Below are positions 1 through 8,577 of a stretch of 64,000 nt of DNA, one piece after another. The notes beneath the pieces were generated by a model. It saw only the letters and a list, made by a program, of their open reading frames with translations. It made no database searches and was not told the DNA's origin. The stretch comes from Roseomonas sp. (GTDB lineage: Bacteria > Pseudomonadota > Alphaproteobacteria > Acetobacterales > Acetobacteraceae): positions 22,436 through 86,435 of the forward strand of contig DATMRU010000032.1 in NCBI GenBank assembly GCA_035565935.1. The letters run 5' to 3'. The position numbers were made by a program, and so were the translations under genes. Each line of letters begins with the position of its first letter. The stretch's first letter is position 1.

Positions 1-74
1 GCCGGGGAGGGCGCCTTGACGGCGTCCTCCTGCGCAGAGGCGCCCGCCTCGGCGGGCTTGCTGACTCCGGCCAT
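1..74 (-). CDS. N-terminus of phage gene downstream of major capsid, truncated by window edge
   Basis: ATG at 74 with purine-rich AAGAGA upstream; reads MAGVSKPAEAGASAQEDAVKAPSP off the edge; follows capsid gene on same strand. Confidence 0.5.
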   Translation of the reverse strand, partial: MAGVSKPAEAGASAQEDAVKAPSP

Positions 75-127
75 GGGCCGTCTCCTTGCTGATGAGCCGG
101 GCGGGGCGCGCCCGCGAGGCGCGCGGG

Positions 128-1720
128 TCAGGCGATGCCGGGCAGCGTGCCGCCAGGCACCGCCGCGCTGCTGTTGCCCGGGTTGTTGGAACCCGTCGGC
201 GCGTTGGTGCCCCAGGTGCTGGGGGCGGCCGACTTGTTGCCGTTGATGCCCTGCACGTAGTAGCTGGAGCCGCCCACCGGGGTGTAGCCGGCCGGCGCCC
301 AACCCGGCAGCACGGCGACCGCGACCGACGCCTGGTGCCGAAGGTTCATGTCGTGCTCGGTGATGACCCGGAACACCGTCTGGTCGCGCTGGAAGCCGCT
401 GACCACGTTGCCGCCGCCGTCCTTGTAGGAGGCCTCGGCCGAGGCATCGACCGTGATGTTGTAGGTCTCGCCGATCACCACATCTGCAAAGTCCACCAGC
501 ATCAGGTAGGACCCGTTGTTCACCGGGGCCTCGGTGGTGCCGGTGTTGATGTTGGTCGCCAGCTGCTGCGACTTCGACACCGGAACGCCCAGCAGAAGGC
601 CGCGATCCAGCTCATCCTTAAACACGAAGTTGCCGACGCCGTCGCGCAGCGTGCGGAGGAACGCCTCCGTCGCGAACGGCATGATCCAGCGCGGCCGGAT
701 CATGCGGCTCATGTTCTGCTGCAGCATCAAGAGCATCGCCTGCAGCAGGCCGGACACATAGGTCAGCCGCTCGGCGTTGTCATCCGGCAGGGCAGTGCCG
801 GTGATCTTCATGCCGGCCGCCGCCAGGTTCAGCAGGCCAATCGGCGAGTTGCCGCTGCCGTCGCCGATCATGAAGGCCAGGTCCTCGCGGCGGGCGATGA
901 CATTGATCATGTCATCCCGGACCAGTTCCTCGACGCCGATCGGCGAGCGGCGGATCAGATCATTGGAGACCGGCACCAGCGAGGTCAGCTTCTTGGCGTT
1001 CAGCTGCAGGTCATCGAAGGTCTGCTGCGACACCGCCATGTCATCCAGCTCACCCTGGTAGCCGGCCTGGGCGCCAGCCGCGAGCCGCGGGATGGTGAGG
1101 TTGCCCATCGGCATCGGCAGCACCAGCGGCCCATTCCCGCGGATCACCGTCTCGGCGCGCAGCAGCTCAATCACCTCGGTGCTGAAATCCTGCGGGATCA
1201 GCGCACCGCCCGTGGTCGTGCCGGCGCTATTCAGCGCCTTGGCCACTGCCGCATCGCCGAAGCGGCGCTGGACCATTTGGGCCGCACCGGCGATGCCGAG
1301 GCCACCCTTGGCATGCCACATGCCGATCAGGAATCGGGCGGCCTTCAGGCCCTTGCCTTGCTTGGCGGGCGGCTCGCCATAGCCGTGGGGGGTCGCCCGC
1401 GCGCCCTTCCCGGCCATGGCACGCACGCGCCGCTCCTCTTCGGTCTCGGGCTCGGCCTCGGCCGCGGCCGAATCGCCACCCTCCCCGCCCTCACCGCCGT
1501 TGAGCGGCTCGGCCGCATCGGCCATGGCCGCCAGTGCCTCCTCAAGACGGCTGATGCGCGCATCCTGGGCGGCAATGTCGACCTTGAGCTTCTCGATCTC
1601 GGTCAGCTCCTCGGAAGGAAGCTCCTCGCCCTCGGGCAGGTCCGCCTCCTTCAGGGCCAGCTCCTGCAGGCGCTTGGCCATGGTCGCGCGCGCGCGCTTC
1701 AGCTCGGCGAGCTTCTTCAT
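128..1720 (-). CDS. Phage major capsid protein, HK97 family
   Basis: N-terminal coiled-coil scaffold, GGALIPQDFSTEVIELLR, LNAKKLTSLVPVSNDLIR, FQRDQTVFRVITEHDMNLRH; start moved to ATG 1720 (GAGG RBS), ORF track start 1732. Confidence 0.93.
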   Translation of the reverse strand: MKKLAELKRARATMAKRLQELALKEADLPEGEELPSEELTEIEKLKVDIAAQDARISRLEEALAAMADAAEPLNGGEGGEGGDSAAAEAEPETEEERRVRAMAGKGARATPHGYGEPPAKQGKGLKAARFLIGMWHAKGGLGIAGAAQMVQRRFGDAAVAKALNSAGTTTGGALIPQDFSTEVIELLRAETVIRGNGPLVLPMPMGNLTIPRLAAGAQAGYQGELDDMAVSQQTFDDLQLNAKKLTSLVPVSNDLIRRSPIGVEELVRDDMINVIARREDLAFMIGDGSGNSPIGLLNLAAAGMKITGTALPDDNAERLTYVSGLLQAMLLMLQQNMSRMIRPRWIMPFATEAFLRTLRDGVGNFVFKDELDRGLLLGVPVSKSQQLATNINTGTTEAPVNNGSYLMLVDFADVVIGETYNITVDASAEASYKDGGGNVVSGFQRDQTVFRVITEHDMNLRHQASVAVAVLPGWAPAGYTPVGGSSYYVQGINGNKSAAPSTWGTNAPTGSNNPGNSSAAVPGGTLPGIA

Positions 1721-1798
1721 CGTCAACCTCATCCGTATGGTCTAGGTGCGCCAGGGGGCGCAGGTCGGCTTGCCCAAGGCCGGATGGGGCTATCGCTC

Positions 1799-2707
1799 TC
1801 AGCCGAGCGCGATCAGGCGTGCGTCAAGTTGACGCTGCTTGCGCGCGGCCGCGACCGCGGCGCGCTGCTGTTGCTGGGCCGCATCGGCCAGCATCTCGGC
1901 GACTTCCTCGGCCGACATCGCCACCAAGGCCTCGCCCAGGATCCGGAGCGCCTCGCCAAGCTGCGCCGGGAGCGTCGAGCCGTCGCCTTCGTGCTCGGCC
2001 TCCCAGGAGACCGAATCATGCAGCCACCCCAGCTCGCTCAGCAGGCTGGCGAGGCAGGACACGTCATACATGCCCTTCCGGCTCAGGCTGTTCCGCACGC
2101 CGTCCAGAATGGACTTCACGGCCTCCCCGCGGGCCGCCAGCCGGACGTCACTGGCACCCGGCTCCTCCATCAGGGCTTCCGGATTGGCCGGGATGCTGAC
2201 GATGCTGAACTCCATCAGCTCCTGCCGGAGGAAGTCGAAGCCCGGCATCCAGTCCTCGGCGCCGCGCTCCGGGTCCTCCGTGATCTTCCATTCCAGCGGC
2301 CGGAAGCCGACGCTGGTGGCCGAGAGGAAGCCGTCGCGGCACATGCGCAGCACCGCCTCGGCCCGGTCACCCACCACGGGCATGTCGGCCGGCACGAATT
2401 CCACCGCGGCCCGCAGCGCGCCATCGGAGACGCCGATCTCGGTGCACTTGCCGATCGGCAGCTCGTCCGCGTCATGCCCCCACAGCACCACCGGGTTCCG
2501 GCGATAGGCCGTGAGGTCCCAGCCCTCCAGCGCCACGGTATCGAGGTCACGATCCACGCCCGCCGTCGAGATGACGAAGCGGACCGTCCGGTCCTGCACG
2601 CCGCTCACCGTCGATACAGCCGCCTTGCTGAGCAGCGGCGTGGCAGCCTGCGCCTTCCCCTCCTTGGCTAGGCTCTTGAAGCGCTGGAGGTTTGTCTTCG
2701 CCTTCAT
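1799..2707 (-). CDS. Prohead protease, HK97 family, with C-terminal helical extension
   Basis: NPVVLWGHD, LSATSVGFRP, ELMEFSIVSIPANPEA motifs; position between portal and capsid. Confidence 0.92.
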   Translation of the reverse strand: MKAKTNLQRFKSLAKEGKAQAATPLLSKAAVSTVSGVQDRTVRFVISTAGVDRDLDTVALEGWDLTAYRRNPVVLWGHDADELPIGKCTEIGVSDGALRAAVEFVPADMPVVGDRAEAVLRMCRDGFLSATSVGFRPLEWKITEDPERGAEDWMPGFDFLRQELMEFSIVSIPANPEALMEEPGASDVRLAARGEAVKSILDGVRNSLSRKGMYDVSCLASLLSELGWLHDSVSWEAEHEGDGSTLPAQLGEALRILGEALVAMSAEEVAEMLADAAQQQQRAAVAAARKQRQLDARLIALG

Positions 2708-2952
2708 GCGGCAGTCCTCCGAGGCCTCGGCCAATGGACGTTCCAAGCTCGATTGCGCCGTGCTTCTTCCAGGTGGTGTTCCTGCTGCACCTGGTGCGTC
2801 AGGAATGGAGAGCCGGCCAGCTCCGCCGCCTTGCGGAGGTGGTAGGCTTCCGCCTCGGCCTTCGAGAGATCGCGGTTGATAAACCAGCCCTTGATCGCGA
2901 CCCTCATCGGGGGAGGGATGGGGCCAGAATAGGACGGCTCGCCCTCTGCCAT
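2704..2952 (-). CDS. Small hypothetical phage protein between portal and protease
   Basis: 82-aa ORF from ATG 2952 right after portal stop; stop overlaps protease start (ATGA). Confidence 0.6.
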   Translation of the reverse strand: MAEGEPSYSGPIPPPMRVAIKGWFINRDLSKAEAEAYHLRKAAELAGSPFLTHQVQQEHHLEEARRNRAWNVHWPRPRRTAA

Positions 2953-2953
2953 A

Positions 2954-4252
2954 TCAGGTCTCCCCGCTTGTTCCGTCGGCAGGCATCGGTTGTCCCGCAT
3001 CAGGCGCGGGCGCAGTCGCAGCAGGCTTGGCGCCGGCGTCCCCCGTGTTCAGCGGAACCCGGAAGGCCCAGCCGCCCTCGTAGGGCTCCTTGCCTTCCTC
3101 GATCCGCGCCTCGTTGGGATTGCCCAAGCCGTTGTTGACTTCCAGGACTTGCGCTTGCACGCGGGTCAGGCGGTCACCGCGGAGCAGCTCGTTGAAGTCG
3201 AAGCGGATGTCGATCTCGCCCTGCTCGTCGTCCCAGAGCAACGTCTGCTCCAGCACCTCTTCGACCTGGCGCGCGATCGGCACCAATGTGTCGTTGATGT
3301 ACTGCTGCTCCGAGTTCTCGATGTTCGAGAAATGGGCATTGCTCAGGTCGAAGACTTTATGCGGCGGCACCCCGAAGAGCCGGCAGATCTCCACCACGCT
3401 GAACTGACGCGACGCCAGGAACTGTGCGTCCTCATTGGTCATCGCGATCTTGGCGAACTTGGTGCCCTCCTCCAGGACCGCCACCTTGTTCGCGTTCTGC
3501 ACCCCGCCATAGGCCGCCGACCAGGAGGTCGCCATCCGTTGCGCCGCCTCGGTGCTCAGCTTGTTGGGCACCTCCAGCACCCCCGCGATCTGCGCGCCCT
3601 GCCGAAACAGCGTGGCCCCGTGCTGCTGGGTGGCCAGGGAGAGCCCGACCACGTCCTGCGCCAGCATGATCGGCGAAACGCCGGTGTAGCCGTCGAAGGT
3701 CATCCCCTTGGCATGCAGGACATTGCCCTGATCGAGGCGGAGTCCCTCGCCCAGGTAGGGATGGCTGACCTGGTACCAGAGGCGACCGTCCGGCGTGAGC
3801 AGCGGCGAAACCCGGTCCGGGCTGACCGGCACAATCGCCGTCGGCTCACCGGCGCGCCCACGGATCACTGGCGCATAGGCATTGCCGCGCAGGGCCAACG
3901 CCCAGACGTAGTAGCTCCAGCACTGCGAGGCAGTCTGCCACTCATTCGGACGGCGGAAGAGCCGGTTCAGCGGGTGGTCGTAGTCCTCCCGGAAGCCACC
4001 CTTGCGCAGCCGGCGACGGACCCGGAGCGGCAGCTTGCCGACATCCTCCGACAGCCGCTTCACGCAGGCATAGACAGCCGCAGCCTGCAGAGCACTGAAC
4101 GGATTCACCGGCACACCGGTGGAGCCCGGCATGACGCCGCCCCATCCGGCCAGCCAGGGACCCGCCGTTGAGGTCGACATGCTGCCGCTCTTCTGCGGCT
4201 TCCGATCGAACGTTGGCTCGCGAGCGAGCGTGCCGAGACGAGGAGGCGGCAT
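2954..4252 (-). CDS. Phage portal protein, HK97 family
   Basis: AVYACVKRLSEDVGKLPL, ALRGNAY, DGYTGVSPI, QFLASRQFSVVEICRLFGVPPHK; ATG 4252 lies 2 nt after terminase stop. Confidence 0.95.
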   Translation of the reverse strand: MPPPRLGTLAREPTFDRKPQKSGSMSTSTAGPWLAGWGGVMPGSTGVPVNPFSALQAAAVYACVKRLSEDVGKLPLRVRRRLRKGGFREDYDHPLNRLFRRPNEWQTASQCWSYYVWALALRGNAYAPVIRGRAGEPTAIVPVSPDRVSPLLTPDGRLWYQVSHPYLGEGLRLDQGNVLHAKGMTFDGYTGVSPIMLAQDVVGLSLATQQHGATLFRQGAQIAGVLEVPNKLSTEAAQRMATSWSAAYGGVQNANKVAVLEEGTKFAKIAMTNEDAQFLASRQFSVVEICRLFGVPPHKVFDLSNAHFSNIENSEQQYINDTLVPIARQVEEVLEQTLLWDDEQGEIDIRFDFNELLRGDRLTRVQAQVLEVNNGLGNPNEARIEEGKEPYEGGWAFRVPLNTGDAGAKPAATAPAPDAGQPMPADGTSGET

Positions 4253-4254
4253 CA

Positions 4255-6006
4255 CTATCCTCCCAGGACCAGAACGCCGCGCTCTTCGTAGACGGAACGC
4301 CGGCTCTCGGCGCCCAGCATGCAGCGAGCCAGAGCCATGATGAGCGCGACAACGCCGTCGATCTTGTTCTCTGGCCGCTCCTTGCGCGGGAAGATGTTGT
4401 CCTTCGCATCCGTATGGCACACGACGTTCGAGATCATCCAGGCAAGCACCGGACAGCCGTCGTGGTGCAGTCGCCCCTGGCGCACCAGAGCGTCCAGCTC
4501 CTTCATCGGCTCGGAGAAGTTCGCGACGGTGTTGCGAAACTCGACAACTTGCGCGCCCTCTTCCTGCAGTTCCTGTGCCATCTGCGCTGCCTGCCAGGGA
4601 TCGTAGGCGATCTCCCTCAGATCAAAGCGCATGCTATCGTCCAGGATATCGTCGCGGATGCGGCGGAAGTCATTGACTTCGCCTGGCGTGGTGATGATGC
4701 GCTGCTGCAGGGCCCAGCCCGCATATTGACTGTTGCCACTTTCCCGCACCGCCGCCTCCGGCAGGTAGTAGGTTCCGAAGGCGTAATAGTGTGGCAGGCC
4801 ATCCAGCTGCCGCTCGAAGATCTTTACCTTTGCGGCAATGTCCACCTTGCTCGCGAGATCCAGCGCTGCGACGCAGGATTCGCCCACGAAGTCGGCCTCG
4901 CGCAGGCTCGGATCGGCCATTCGGTCCCAGGCCCGCATATCCATCCAGGCCTGATCCGCATTCACCCAGACATTGAGGTGCTTGGTCTTGAAGTTGTTCT
5001 GCGCCGCGGCCAGCTGCATGGCCTTGGCCGCCAGGCCCGACACATAGTCGGGCATGACCGACACGCCCCAATTCGGATTGGCCTTCGGCCAAACCGCCGG
5101 ATCGGTCCAATCGTCCGACTCGTCCAGCGTATAGATAATGCCAAAGAGCTGGTCGTCCTCAGCCGTGTCACCGGTCAGCCGGTAGGGGTTCCCGTCCCAC
5201 TGGCGCAGCGCGGTGTTGAGCACCTGGGTCAGATAGCCCCGCAGCTCGTAGCAGATGCCGGCCCGGTTGGACCCGGCCGTGGTAATGACCCAGATCAGCG
5301 ACTGGTCACGCTTGCCGGCGCCGGTCTCGATGACGTCGTAGATCTCCCGCGTCTTATGAGCATGCAGCTCATCGATGACCGCGAAGTGGATGTTGAGGCC
5401 GTCCTGGTTCTCGCTATCCCGCGAGAGCGGAACGAACTTGGACGCGGTGCGTGGCACGACGATGCTGTGCGCGCCGGTCTCCACCCCCAGGCTGCGGCGC
5501 AGCCCGGCGGCGCGCTGCGCCATCGCATGGGCATCGCCCCAGACGATCTTGGCCTGGTCCCGGTGCGTCGCGGCCGAATAGACCTCGGCGCCGCTTTCGC
5601 CATCGGCCGCCAGCATAAAGAGCGCGACGCCGGAGCTGAGAGTGGACTTGGCGTTGCCGCGCGGCACCTCGATGTGCACGCGCTTGAACCGCCTCAGCCC
5701 GGTTTCGCGATGGACCCAGCCGAAAACCGTGGTCAAGATGAAGCACTGCCACGCCTCGAGCCGGATTAACTCACTGCGCCTGGCCTTCGGGCCCTTGATG
5801 TGGGGCAGCAGCTCGATGAAGCGGCAGATCCTCTCGGCCCGCTCCTTGTCGAAGACATAGGGCCAGCGCTTGTCCTTGCCGCGCTGGAGATCGGCGATCT
5901 GCCGCTGGCACGCCGCCACCACCCACCGGCAGGCTGGGGTCCGTCCGGACACGACGGAGCGCGCGTAGGCATTCGCCCGCGCCACGTAGCCCCCGGCCTT
6001 TGTCAC
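4255..6006 (-). CDS. terL: Terminase large subunit
   Basis: LEAWQCFI, Walker A VPRGNAKST, Walker B AVIDELHAH, C-terminal nuclease KIDGVVALIMA. Confidence 0.96.
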   Translation of the reverse strand: MTKAGGYVARANAYARSVVSGRTPACRWVVAACQRQIADLQRGKDKRWPYVFDKERAERICRFIELLPHIKGPKARRSELIRLEAWQCFILTTVFGWVHRETGLRRFKRVHIEVPRGNAKSTLSSGVALFMLAADGESGAEVYSAATHRDQAKIVWGDAHAMAQRAAGLRRSLGVETGAHSIVVPRTASKFVPLSRDSENQDGLNIHFAVIDELHAHKTREIYDVIETGAGKRDQSLIWVITTAGSNRAGICYELRGYLTQVLNTALRQWDGNPYRLTGDTAEDDQLFGIIYTLDESDDWTDPAVWPKANPNWGVSVMPDYVSGLAAKAMQLAAAQNNFKTKHLNVWVNADQAWMDMRAWDRMADPSLREADFVGESCVAALDLASKVDIAAKVKIFERQLDGLPHYYAFGTYYLPEAAVRESGNSQYAGWALQQRIITTPGEVNDFRRIRDDILDDSMRFDLREIAYDPWQAAQMAQELQEEGAQVVEFRNTVANFSEPMKELDALVRQGRLHHDGCPVLAWMISNVVCHTDAKDNIFPRKERPENKIDGVVALIMALARCMLGAESRRSVYEERGVLVLGG

Positions 6007-6009
6007 GAA

Positions 6010-6480
6010 TCAGGCCTTCGCAAACTCGGCGAAGGGGTCGAAGAGGTCGCCCTGCTCCACACCGCGCAGCCGGAGCCGCGCCGCCGGGCTGAATCCGAAA
6101 TTGCTGCCCACCGCGTTCATCACCCGGATCGCTTCATTGGCGATACCGACCTGCGGCCGGGCCCGGATCATCTTCCCCATGCGCCCTTCGGTCACGTAGG
6201 TGTCCTCGCCGGCCGCCTCCAGGGCTTCGAGGGCACGGCGCCACTGGCCGTAAGCCGCGCACCAGGTCGCAAGCGCGACGTGATCCAGCTGCGTGAACAG
6301 CTGCTTTTGGACCAGCGGAGGCACGACCTGGTTCCACGCTTCCCGGGCGTAGCTGTCGAGATAGCTGGGCGGCTCCGCCTCAACCGACTGCAGCCGCAGC
6401 GGGTCAAGCGGGATCTCGCGCTTGCCCGGGTTACCGTCCACCAGCTTCAGGTGCGACGGCTTCGGCTTGCGTCCCTTCAT
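6010..6480 (-). CDS. terS: Terminase small subunit, P27 family
   Basis: MKGRKPKPSHLKLVDGNPGKR start, FGFSPAARLRL near C-terminus, adjacent to terL. Confidence 0.93.
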   Translation of the reverse strand: MKGRKPKPSHLKLVDGNPGKREIPLDPLRLQSVEAEPPSYLDSYAREAWNQVVPPLVQKQLFTQLDHVALATWCAAYGQWRRALEALEAAGEDTYVTEGRMGKMIRARPQVGIANEAIRVMNAVGSNFGFSPAARLRLRGVEQGDLFDPFAEFAKA

Positions 6481-6529
6481 GGCTCCCTCTCACCACCATC
6501 AGCTAAGTGACTGAACTGGTAGCTTTCTT

Positions 6530-6615
6530 CCTCAATTTCGCGGTTGCGCGAAGTTGCCTGGGGGTACGGTCCACGCCGGCCATCCACCAGCTTTCGAGCC
6601 CCCTCCCCCCTGTCC
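6530..6615 (-). other. Probable cos/packaging initiation region
   Basis: Non-coding gap between HNH and terS with minus-strand GGGGGGAGGGGG...GGACCG...CGCGAAATT pattern resembling this interval in HK97-like phages. Confidence 0.5.
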
Positions 6616-6640
6616 TGCCGGTCCGGGAAGAGGCCGGGGA

Positions 6641-6979
6641 TCAGGCTCCTGGCCGCCCTCGGTCTCGCCCAGTCCGCCGGCTATGGCAGGGGGTGCAGAG
6701 CGGCCTGAGGTTCGTCCGCACCAGGCGCAGATCCGGACGGCGCGCGATCGGTTCGATGTGATCCACCTCGCGTGCCGGAGTCAGGCGTCCCAGCTCCAGG
6801 CAGAAGCGGCAGAGCGGTTCCTCAGCCAGCACTACATCGCGCAGGCGCCGCCACTGTCGATCGTAGCCGCGCGAGGATGCTGATCCTCGCTGCGCATCGA
6901 ACACCGCGCGGTGTTGCCGCTTTGCCTCTATCGGGCTGGCCTGATGGGCAGGGCGATGGATCGGAGGGCGCGAAGGCAT
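6641..6979 (-). CDS. HNH endonuclease, gp74-like terminase accessory
   Basis: RGYDRQWRRLR, CRFC...EVDHIEP...NLRPLCTPCHSRRT; directly upstream of terS. Confidence 0.93.
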   Translation of the reverse strand: MPSRPPIHRPAHQASPIEAKRQHRAVFDAQRGSASSRGYDRQWRRLRDVVLAEEPLCRFCLELGRLTPAREVDHIEPIARRPDLRLVRTNLRPLCTPCHSRRTGRDRGRPGA

Positions 6980-6993
6980 GCTCCCTCCAACGG

Positions 6994-7023
6994 AAAACGC
7001 CCGAGGCCTCTCGGCTCCGGGCG
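6994..7023 (-). terminator. Intrinsic terminator upstream of late genes (tR'-like)
   Basis: Minus strand CGCCCG-GAGCC-GAGA-GGCCT-CGGGCG followed by TTTT. Confidence 0.6.
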
Positions 7024-7042
7024 CAATTCAACCAATATCGAT

Positions 7043-7072
7043 TTGTTATCCTGAAACGTGTCGAAGCGTCAA
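7043..7072 (-). promoter_or_regulatory. Candidate late promoter (pR'-like)
   Basis: -35 TTGACG at 7072-7067 overlapping the upstream stop codon, with AT-rich ATAACA/TAACAA 17-18 nt downstream. Confidence 0.45.
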
Positions 7073-7695
7073 GCGGCTTCCGTCTCCCATCCCGCGATCA
7101 GACAGTATTGCCAGAGCGAACGCTGCAGGGCACCCAACACTGTGCGCTCGTCCATCCCGAGGGCATCCGCCGCCTGCCGGATGCCCAGGTTCTCCGCGCA
7201 TACTCTCAGTGTCACATCGAACAGCGTGGCTGAGCCTCGCCGGCTGGCCCTACGCGTCTCTGCCCAACTCCGCCAGGGTTGGAAGCGATTCGCGCAGGCT
7301 GGCAGCAAGGAGGCGGGAATGTCCTCCCCAGGCGCACCCCCATCTACCTCGCCGTAGCGGCTCTGTGCCAGCTTCGGTCCGCCGCCTACCGTGGCCGCAT
7401 GCACCCGGCTGATCTCGCGCCCGGCCTGTGCCTGTATGGGGCGGATGTGACCCTTCACCTCCAGCTGCTGGAGCGAATCACGGAAGATCAGTCGCCGACG
7501 CGGCTGCGCATCAGCAGGAGTGCCGGATGGGCGGGTGATGCCGCGCAGCACACACGCCGTTTCCATCAGGGCGTCCCGCAGCGCGTCGCCCATGTGGAAG
7601 CCCGGCTCGGCCCGCGCAGTGCCGGCGCGGCGGGTCAGGCAGGATGCGTCTGTGCGGGGCAGACGACGACCCTCGATCAGCAGCGTCAGAGCCAT
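7069..7695 (-). CDS. Probable late transcription regulator (Q-like, DUF6456-like)
   Basis: C-terminal HTH (LGIRQAADALGMDERTVLGALQRSL); last gene before the late promoter; ATG 7695 with GGAG RBS. Confidence 0.6.
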   Translation of the reverse strand: MALTLLIEGRRLPRTDASCLTRRAGTARAEPGFHMGDALRDALMETACVLRGITRPSGTPADAQPRRRLIFRDSLQQLEVKGHIRPIQAQAGREISRVHAATVGGGPKLAQSRYGEVDGGAPGEDIPASLLPACANRFQPWRSWAETRRASRRGSATLFDVTLRVCAENLGIRQAADALGMDERTVLGALQRSLWQYCLIAGWETEAA

Positions 7696-7711
7696 GACGG
7701 TCCTCCTTGGA

Positions 7712-8569
7712 TCAGGCGATTGCGCGCCCGTAAATGGCCTCGGCCCGGCGGCGGTCGGCCTCGAGTTCAGCCAGCTGGTCATTGCGCCCTTGCGCTGCCC
7801 GGTTGCGCTTCAGGGCAACGTCGCTGATGGCGCCGCTGAAGAAACCCAGCCAGCGCACGCGGCGGGCATCGAAGGTCGGGCGGCTCATGGCATCCCGCAC
7901 GCCCTGCAGGATTGTCTCCCGGCTGTGGCCTTCACTGAGCCACCCCTGCACTGGCCGGAAATCGAAGCCGCCATGCAGCGGATCCAATCCTGCCAGCTCG
8001 GCGATCTCTTCCCCGAGGGAAACCCAGGTGGGTTTCTCGCGCGCGGTACTACGACTCTCCTCTTTCAGAGGAGTAGTAGTACCTACCGCGCGCGAGCTTT
8101 CGCCGGATGGTTTCCGTGCGGTTTCCTGGGTTTCCGCGCGGCCGCCGGCGATCGGCAGCGCCAGGTTGCCCTGGCGGCGCGCAAGGGCCTGCTCCGGCGT
8201 TTCTCCCTTGAGCGGCCGCCCGCCCCGTTTCCCATTGATCCTCGCCGCTTCCGCCCGTGCGGTGTCGGCCGCCACGCCGGGCAGCAGGATGGCGTTGGCC
8301 GCGCGGTCGAGCTCGATCATCCCGATGGCGGCGAGGGTTTCGAGATGGGTCTCCGCTTCGGTTTCCGAGATGGGTTCCGAGACGGAGACCAGACGGGAAA
8401 CCGAAGCGGAAACCGAGCCCAGGAAGCTCCAGCGGCCAGGCGTCGGCGAGGCGAGCATCAGGCTGGCCAGACGCAGCCAGAAGCCCTGCACGGCCAGCGG
8501 CAGCAGCAGGAAGTTGGAATCGGTCGCGGCACGCTGGAGGAGGCGCTGTGCGGTGGAGGTGCGGGCCAT
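7712..8569 (-). CDS. Phage replication initiator (O-like)
   Basis: N-terminal wHTH-like region, ARINGKRGGRP motif typical of phage initiators, adjacent to DnaB. Confidence 0.7.
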   Translation of the reverse strand: MARTSTAQRLLQRAATDSNFLLLPLAVQGFWLRLASLMLASPTPGRWSFLGSVSASVSRLVSVSEPISETEAETHLETLAAIGMIELDRAANAILLPGVAADTARAEAARINGKRGGRPLKGETPEQALARRQGNLALPIAGGRAETQETARKPSGESSRAVGTTTPLKEESRSTAREKPTWVSLGEEIAELAGLDPLHGGFDFRPVQGWLSEGHSRETILQGVRDAMSRPTFDARRVRWLGFFSGAISDVALKRNRAAQGRNDQLAELEADRRRAEAIYGRAIA

Positions 8570-8577
8570 GGGATACC

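Noticed and set aside
86-2671. 861-aa plus-strand ORF and other long antisense ORFs (4168-5769, 28201-30537, 41944-44718, 53371-55014)
   Set aside because: Shadow frames opposite well-supported genes in high-GC DNA; R/G/A-rich with no motifs
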